Shown: one piece after another, positions 60,545-64,000 of the stretch | How positions within the stretch are numbered: position 1 is the first letter of the stretch | How the letters are laid out: the number at the start of each line of letters is the position of its first letter | Origin: Candidatus Nanoarchaeia archaeon | Lineage (GTDB): Archaea > Nanobdellota > Nanobdellia > Pacearchaeales > GW2011-AR1 | Direction of reading: 5' to 3' | NCBI GenBank assembly: GCA_028718805.1 | Contig: JAQUKY010000002.1 | Location: 1,424-65,423 of the forward strand | DNA: 64,000 nt | The notes under the pieces: model-generated | The model's database searches: none | The model's input: only the letters and a program-made list of their open reading frames with translations | Told to the model about the DNA's origin: nothing | Made by a program: the position numbers and the translations under genes

Positions 60545-61987
60545 TTATGCAAATGGCCTGAAATTTTTAAATTGCCAGGGATCTTCATCAAACTTGTTGT
60601 CTGGATTTTCTGGGAAATATAATCTCTTGTTTTTTAGAGGAGTCCAGTCATAGGGAATTGATATTAAATCTCCTAAATATGGTTTTGCTATATCCAAAAC
60701 ATAATCATGTGGTAAGTCCTCAGGAACACAAATTCCTCTCTTAGGATTATCAATTGCCCATTTTGCTGCTGATACAACTCCTGCTGCTACCTGTAATGTT
60801 GTTGCATTCTGCCCGGCGCCCCTGACTCTTCTTGTTTCTTCTATACTTAAACTACTCCCTGTCCACCATGAATTATAAGCATGCCCCATTAATAAGGCCC
60901 CTAAAATATCTTTCCCAGAAATGATATCATCATTCATTATTCTGATTTTTGGTTGCATTTCATAGTTTCTTGCTCTTAGTTCTGCTAATGAAGAGATTGC
61001 TTCATGGCATGGCATGTATGCATAATGAACTGTTGGCCTGTAAATAACCTTTTCATTATCACGAACAGTTAAATAATCAGAAATTGTAAATGCTTCTCCA
61101 TGCCTGACTATCATTCCTTCTATTTCCCCTACTTCTGGAACCCAGGATCTTATCCTGGTATTTATCCCCATTTGAGCTAAAAAAATCTGATTTTTTGGAC
61201 CATAAGGAGCAGTATGGGCTAAACGAGGATATTCTTTTTCATGAGTTCCCCATCCCATTTCAGCAGTAGTTGTTCCTTCTTCCCTGAATCCTTCAATGCT
61301 CCAGGTATTCACAAATTCATCAACTTCTTTAGGCCTGTTTGTAATCTGTGTATCTCTTTCACTGCAATGAATTACTTTTACTCCTAATTCCTGTGCAAGG
61401 TGCGGGAAATCTAGTCTTGCTCGATAATCCATAATTTTTTCTAGGCTTTCTCCTGAAATTTTTTTGTCATAAATTAATCTTTCAGATATATCAAGTAATG
61501 CTTTTTTAGTAAAATGCGAAATTAATCCGGGATTTGCCCCATGTTCAACAACTGCTGTTGCAGAATCTTTTGGAAAACCATCAGCTAATTTTATTAAATT
61601 CATATGCCTTATATAAAGGGTTTTATCAAAAACTGTTTTTGGTTCATTTGGATCCCATAATTCAACAGAAGTATTCACATACAACATATTATTTTTCAGG
61701 CAACATCCAATTATATCATTTGCACCAATGTTCCAGGCCAAATCTATAACCATTCCATCTCTTCCGGCATTTTCTGACAAAACCGATTCAAGATTTTTAG
61801 GAGTTACTTTTATTTGCTTAAATTTGATTCCTTTGTCTGTATATGGTTTTATCTGTTCTTTTTTGTCTTCAAAGTCAATTATAGTTACTTTTTCGGGATT
61901 GACACCTATATGTTTAAGAAATAGCGGGAGAGTGCACTGAGAAACAGCTCCATACCCTAAAATTAAAATATTTTTATTAAATGTCAT
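60545..61987 (-). CDS. hss: homospermidine synthase-like (bacterial HSS / saccharopine dehydrogenase fold)
   Basis: 480 aa. ILILGYGAVSQCTLPLFLKHI resembles the N-terminal NAD-binding segment of bacterial HSS as I recall it. The length fits. Confidence 0.6.
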   Translation of the reverse strand: MTFNKNILILGYGAVSQCTLPLFLKHIGVNPEKVTIIDFEDKKEQIKPYTDKGIKFKQIKVTPKNLESVLSENAGRDGMVIDLAWNIGANDIIGCCLKNNMLYVNTSVELWDPNEPKTVFDKTLYIRHMNLIKLADGFPKDSATAVVEHGANPGLISHFTKKALLDISERLIYDKKISGESLEKIMDYRARLDFPHLAQELGVKVIHCSERDTQITNRPKEVDEFVNTWSIEGFREEGTTTAEMGWGTHEKEYPRLAHTAPYGPKNQIFLAQMGINTRIRSWVPEVGEIEGMIVRHGEAFTISDYLTVRDNEKVIYRPTVHYAYMPCHEAISSLAELRARNYEMQPKIRIMNDDIISGKDILGALLMGHAYNSWWTGSSLSIEETRRVRGAGQNATTLQVAAGVVSAAKWAIDNPKRGICVPEDLPHDYVLDIAKPYLGDLISIPYDWTPLKNKRLYFPENPDNKFDEDPWQFKNFRPFA

Positions 61988-62221
61988 CTATTTTTTTGTT
62001 ATAATTAATCAAGACTTATAGTAGTTATTGTTTAAAAATATTTTTATTATGCAGTATCTATTTTATTTTAATAATCTGTATTCTCCGAAGATAAAATTCA
62101 GTTGATGGATTGACCTGAATTTTAATTACAAACATATTCTTTCCATAAAATAAAATATCTAAAGATTTATAAACTAATATTTCATAAAATATAAATAAAA
62201 TTATTTCACAGGCTTTGTAAC

Positions 62222-62764
62222 GTGGTACCAACGAAGATTTTTTTGAGCAAGGGAGTAGGAGTTCATAAAAACAGGCTTCAATCATTTGAATTGGCATTAA
62301 GAAGTGCAGGCATAGAAAAATGCAATCTTGTTTATGTTTCCAGTATTCTTCCCCCAAATTGTAAAATAGTCTCAAAAGAAGAAGGATTAAAATTATTGCA
62401 TCCAGGACAGATAACTTTTTGTGTAATGGCAAGATTGGAATCAAATGAGCCAAACAGATTAATGTCCACTGCTATAGGAATTGCTATGCCGAAAGATAAC
62501 AGCAACTATGGTTATCTGTCAGAACATCATTCTTTTGGAGAAAAAGGAGAAAAAGCAGGGGAATATGCAGAGGATTTGGCAGCGACTATGCTGGCCTCAA
62601 CTTTGGGAATAGAATTTAATCCTGATACTGCCTGGGAAGAAAGAGAGCAGGTATATAAAACAAGCGGGCAGATTTTTAAATCAGCAAACATCTGCCAGTC
62701 TGCAGAAGCTAACAAAGATGGTTTATGGACAACGACAATTGCTGTGGCCGTTTTATTAGAATAA
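62222..62764 (+). CDS. pdaD: pyruvoyl-dependent arginine decarboxylase
   Basis: [44 protein letters not shown] includes the VSS self-cleavage site. GTG start. Confidence 0.8.
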   Translation: MVPTKIFLSKGVGVHKNRLQSFELALRSAGIEKCNLVYVSSILPPNCKIVSKEEGLKLLHPGQITFCVMARLESNEPNRLMSTAIGIAMPKDNSNYGYLSEHHSFGEKGEKAGEYAEDLAATMLASTLGIEFNPDTAWEEREQVYKTSGQIFKSANICQSAEANKDGLWTTTIAVAVLLE

Positions 62765-62807
62765 TAAAACCCTATTCTCTGCCGTTTTATTAGAATAAAT
62801 TTTTTCT

Positions 62808-62858
62808 GGTAATCTGTAAACGATTTTAAGTTTTGCAGATGAATTGTTTAGCTTGAGG
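62808..62858 (+). repeat. intergenic mosaic repeat, modules A + D
   Basis: GGTAATCTGTAAACGATTTTAAGTTTTGCAGATGAATTGTTTAGCTTGAGG. Confidence 0.75.
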
Positions 62859-62920
62859 ATGGTTAATTATAGCTTAAACTGGTTTTGAACATTATAGATT
62901 TAGTTTTTATTAGAAAATCA

Positions 62921-63376
62921 TCAGACAATTCTGCAATAGCAGCTTTGCTCATCAATTAGACATTGCCCATTAGGGCAAACTCCTGCGCATGTACCATACT
63001 CTAAAAAATAATGCCCGCAGGGTTTTGAATCTAGGTCATGAGGTAATTCAGAATTGTTTGATTCATCTTCTGGGTTACTTTCAGTTCCAGAACCTGTGCT
63101 GGAACCTCCGCTACTGCCTCCTCCATCTCCGCTTCCGCCGCCCCCTGAGTCTCTTCCAGAGCCTCCGCCATCTTCACCACTGCCGCCCCCAGCTAAACTT
63201 TCAACCTCTGTTCCTGGTTTTTCTTCTCCGAGAATACCTACCTCTGTTTTATTAGTGTTTAGATTATCTTCAATCTCGTTATTTCCAGTATCTTTTAAGT
63301 TGCTGATGCTTATAAAAATAAAAACAATTGCAATTAATGCTACTAAAATTAGTAAAAATGTAACCCAGTTTTTCAT
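62921..63376 (-). CDS. signal-anchored protein with Gly/Ser-rich linker and Cys-rich C-terminal knot
   Basis: MKNWVTFLLILVALIAIVFIFI, then GGGSGEDGGGSGRDSGGGGSGDGGGSSGGSS, then six Cys in the last 38 aa. Confidence 0.5.
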   Translation of the reverse strand: MKNWVTFLLILVALIAIVFIFISISNLKDTGNNEIEDNLNTNKTEVGILGEEKPGTEVESLAGGGSGEDGGGSGRDSGGGGSGDGGGSSGGSSTGSGTESNPEDESNNSELPHDLDSKPCGHYFLEYGTCAGVCPNGQCLIDEQSCYCRIV

Positions 63377-63427
63377 ATTCTTATTCTTTTTATCCTTTTC
63401 AACTATAAAAATTTATCTTTATTTTTC

Positions 63428-63475
63428 GTTAATTTATCAAATGACTTTAATATGTTTGTGAGAGGATTAAGTTTT
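63428..63475 (+). repeat. intergenic mosaic repeat (subfamily 2, diverged)
   Basis: GTTAATTTATCAAATGACTTTAATATGTTTGTGAGAGGATTAAGTTTT parallels 26064-26110. Confidence 0.6.
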
Positions 63476-63546
63476 CCACCAGAGCTTTTGTCCTCTTCTC
63501 CTCACTTATCTTCGTTTTTTTAATGTTATAGGTTCATTTCGTTTAT

Positions 63547-63960
63547 TTATTCCCCATAAGTTTCAGTATGATTGGAATCTATTTTAATCCAGCTATCATG
63601 GATTTCTGCTATATCACATCCGGGTCCTGAAAAATATAGATAATCAATAACACATCTATCTTTTACCTCAATTCCCTGAATTGATAATTTATGAGTATTG
63701 ACTAAACTTTCAATGCCATTTGGGTCTGCTGATAAATCTCCCTGTAACCTTTTTAAGAAACTAGGAGCATCTGTATGATTAATATAATATGAATTTTCAA
63801 AGTGATTTGTCAGGTTAGCAGTTAAAACAGGAACATTATAAGGTGTTTTTACAAATTTGTTTACAACTTTTGCATTTGTGTTCACAATATAAAGAGGGTC
63901 TTCAAAATTTTCAATAGGAATATACACATAATAATCTGCAGTTTTATTCCATAATGCCAT
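63547..63960 (-). CDS. hypothetical protein (possibly longer; frame stays open upstream to the window edge)
   Basis: The track gives a 137-aa ORF. By hand, the frame upstream of ATG 63960 has no stop through base 64000, so the N-terminus may lie outside the window. Confidence 0.4.
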   Translation of the reverse strand: MALWNKTADYYVYIPIENFEDPLYIVNTNAKVVNKFVKTPYNVPVLTANLTNHFENSYYINHTDAPSFLKRLQGDLSADPNGIESLVNTHKLSIQGIEVKDRCVIDYLYFSGPGCDIAEIHDSWIKIDSNHTETYGE

Positions 63961-64000
63961 ATTTCCTCTGTCTTTGATTATTAAATTAGATTTTAAACTG

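Noticed and set aside
62058-62453. 131-aa minus-strand ORF overlapping the pdaD start
   Set aside because: It overlaps the conserved N-terminus of pdaD on the opposite strand, and the sequence looks like AT-rich noise.
62989-63461. Pro-rich plus-strand ORFs (for example ...PPLLPPPSPLPPPPESLPEPPPSSPLPPPA...)
   Set aside because: They are the mirror image of the Gly/Ser-rich linker (GGN/AGY codons) of the minus-strand gene 62921..63376, which has a proper signal anchor and Cys-rich domain.
1-64000. Possibility of TGA reassignment (genetic code 4 or 25)
   Set aside because: Many well-supported genes end at TGA, often in ATGA stop-start overlaps (1678, 17560, 15744, 7304). TGA is therefore a functional stop here.
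1-64000. Search for mobility genes (integrase, transposase, recombinase), rRNA, RNase P/SRP RNA, reverse transcriptase and Cas genes
   Set aside because: None was recognised in any translated ORF or non-coding stretch. The islands described above are therefore defined by content and repeats, not by identifiable mobility machinery.

Overview
This is an AT-rich (about 30% G+C by eye), densely coding 64-kb segment. It reads as archaeal chromosome, probably from a small-genome DPANN-like lineage. Supporting evidence: diphthine synthase, pyruvoyl arginine decarboxylase, three TrmB-family regulators, two AbrB-PhoU regulators, archaeal/eukaryal-type IleRS and ArgRS, two tRNA genes without encoded CCA, TATA-like boxes about 30 nt before several start codons, and PEF-CTERM sorting tails. 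All protein calls come from motif recognition by eye in the supplied translations; no searches were run. Layout: (1) 1.4-4.5 kb holds a six-gene same-strand cluster of unknown function behind a structured leader. (2) 4.5-14.9 kb is a glycan-assembly island with five GT2 genes, one GT9 gene and a 776-aa polytopic membrane protein. It ends in a 734-aa ORF that fuses an exosortase/archaeosortase-type domain (Cys231/Arg278/His299) to a Wzx-type flippase. I consider this the most interesting object in the window. (3) 15-21.2 kb is a toxin-antitoxin/nucleotidyltransferase island. It contains AbrB antitoxins, two AbrB-NTase fusion paralogs each paired with a small charged protein, and two toxin genes broken at homopolymers. 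(4) 21.2-30.7 kb is a surface-protein island with three PEF-CTERM proteins, one PEP-CTERM-type protein, a degenerate CPBP protease homolog and other secreted proteins. (5) 31-64 kb is mostly housekeeping and small unknown genes: tRNA-Leu(UAA), tRNA-Thr(CGU), argS, ileS, a MazEF-like pair, a split CoaC plus a CoaB-aldolase-like-methyltransferase fusion, an e-MtaB-type methylthiotransferase, cyclophilin, dph5, and a polyamine cluster (ODC-like, homospermidine-synthase-like, pdaD). A mosaic family of short repeats occupies many intergenic regions. I recognised no rRNA, CRISPR array, transposase or integrase.
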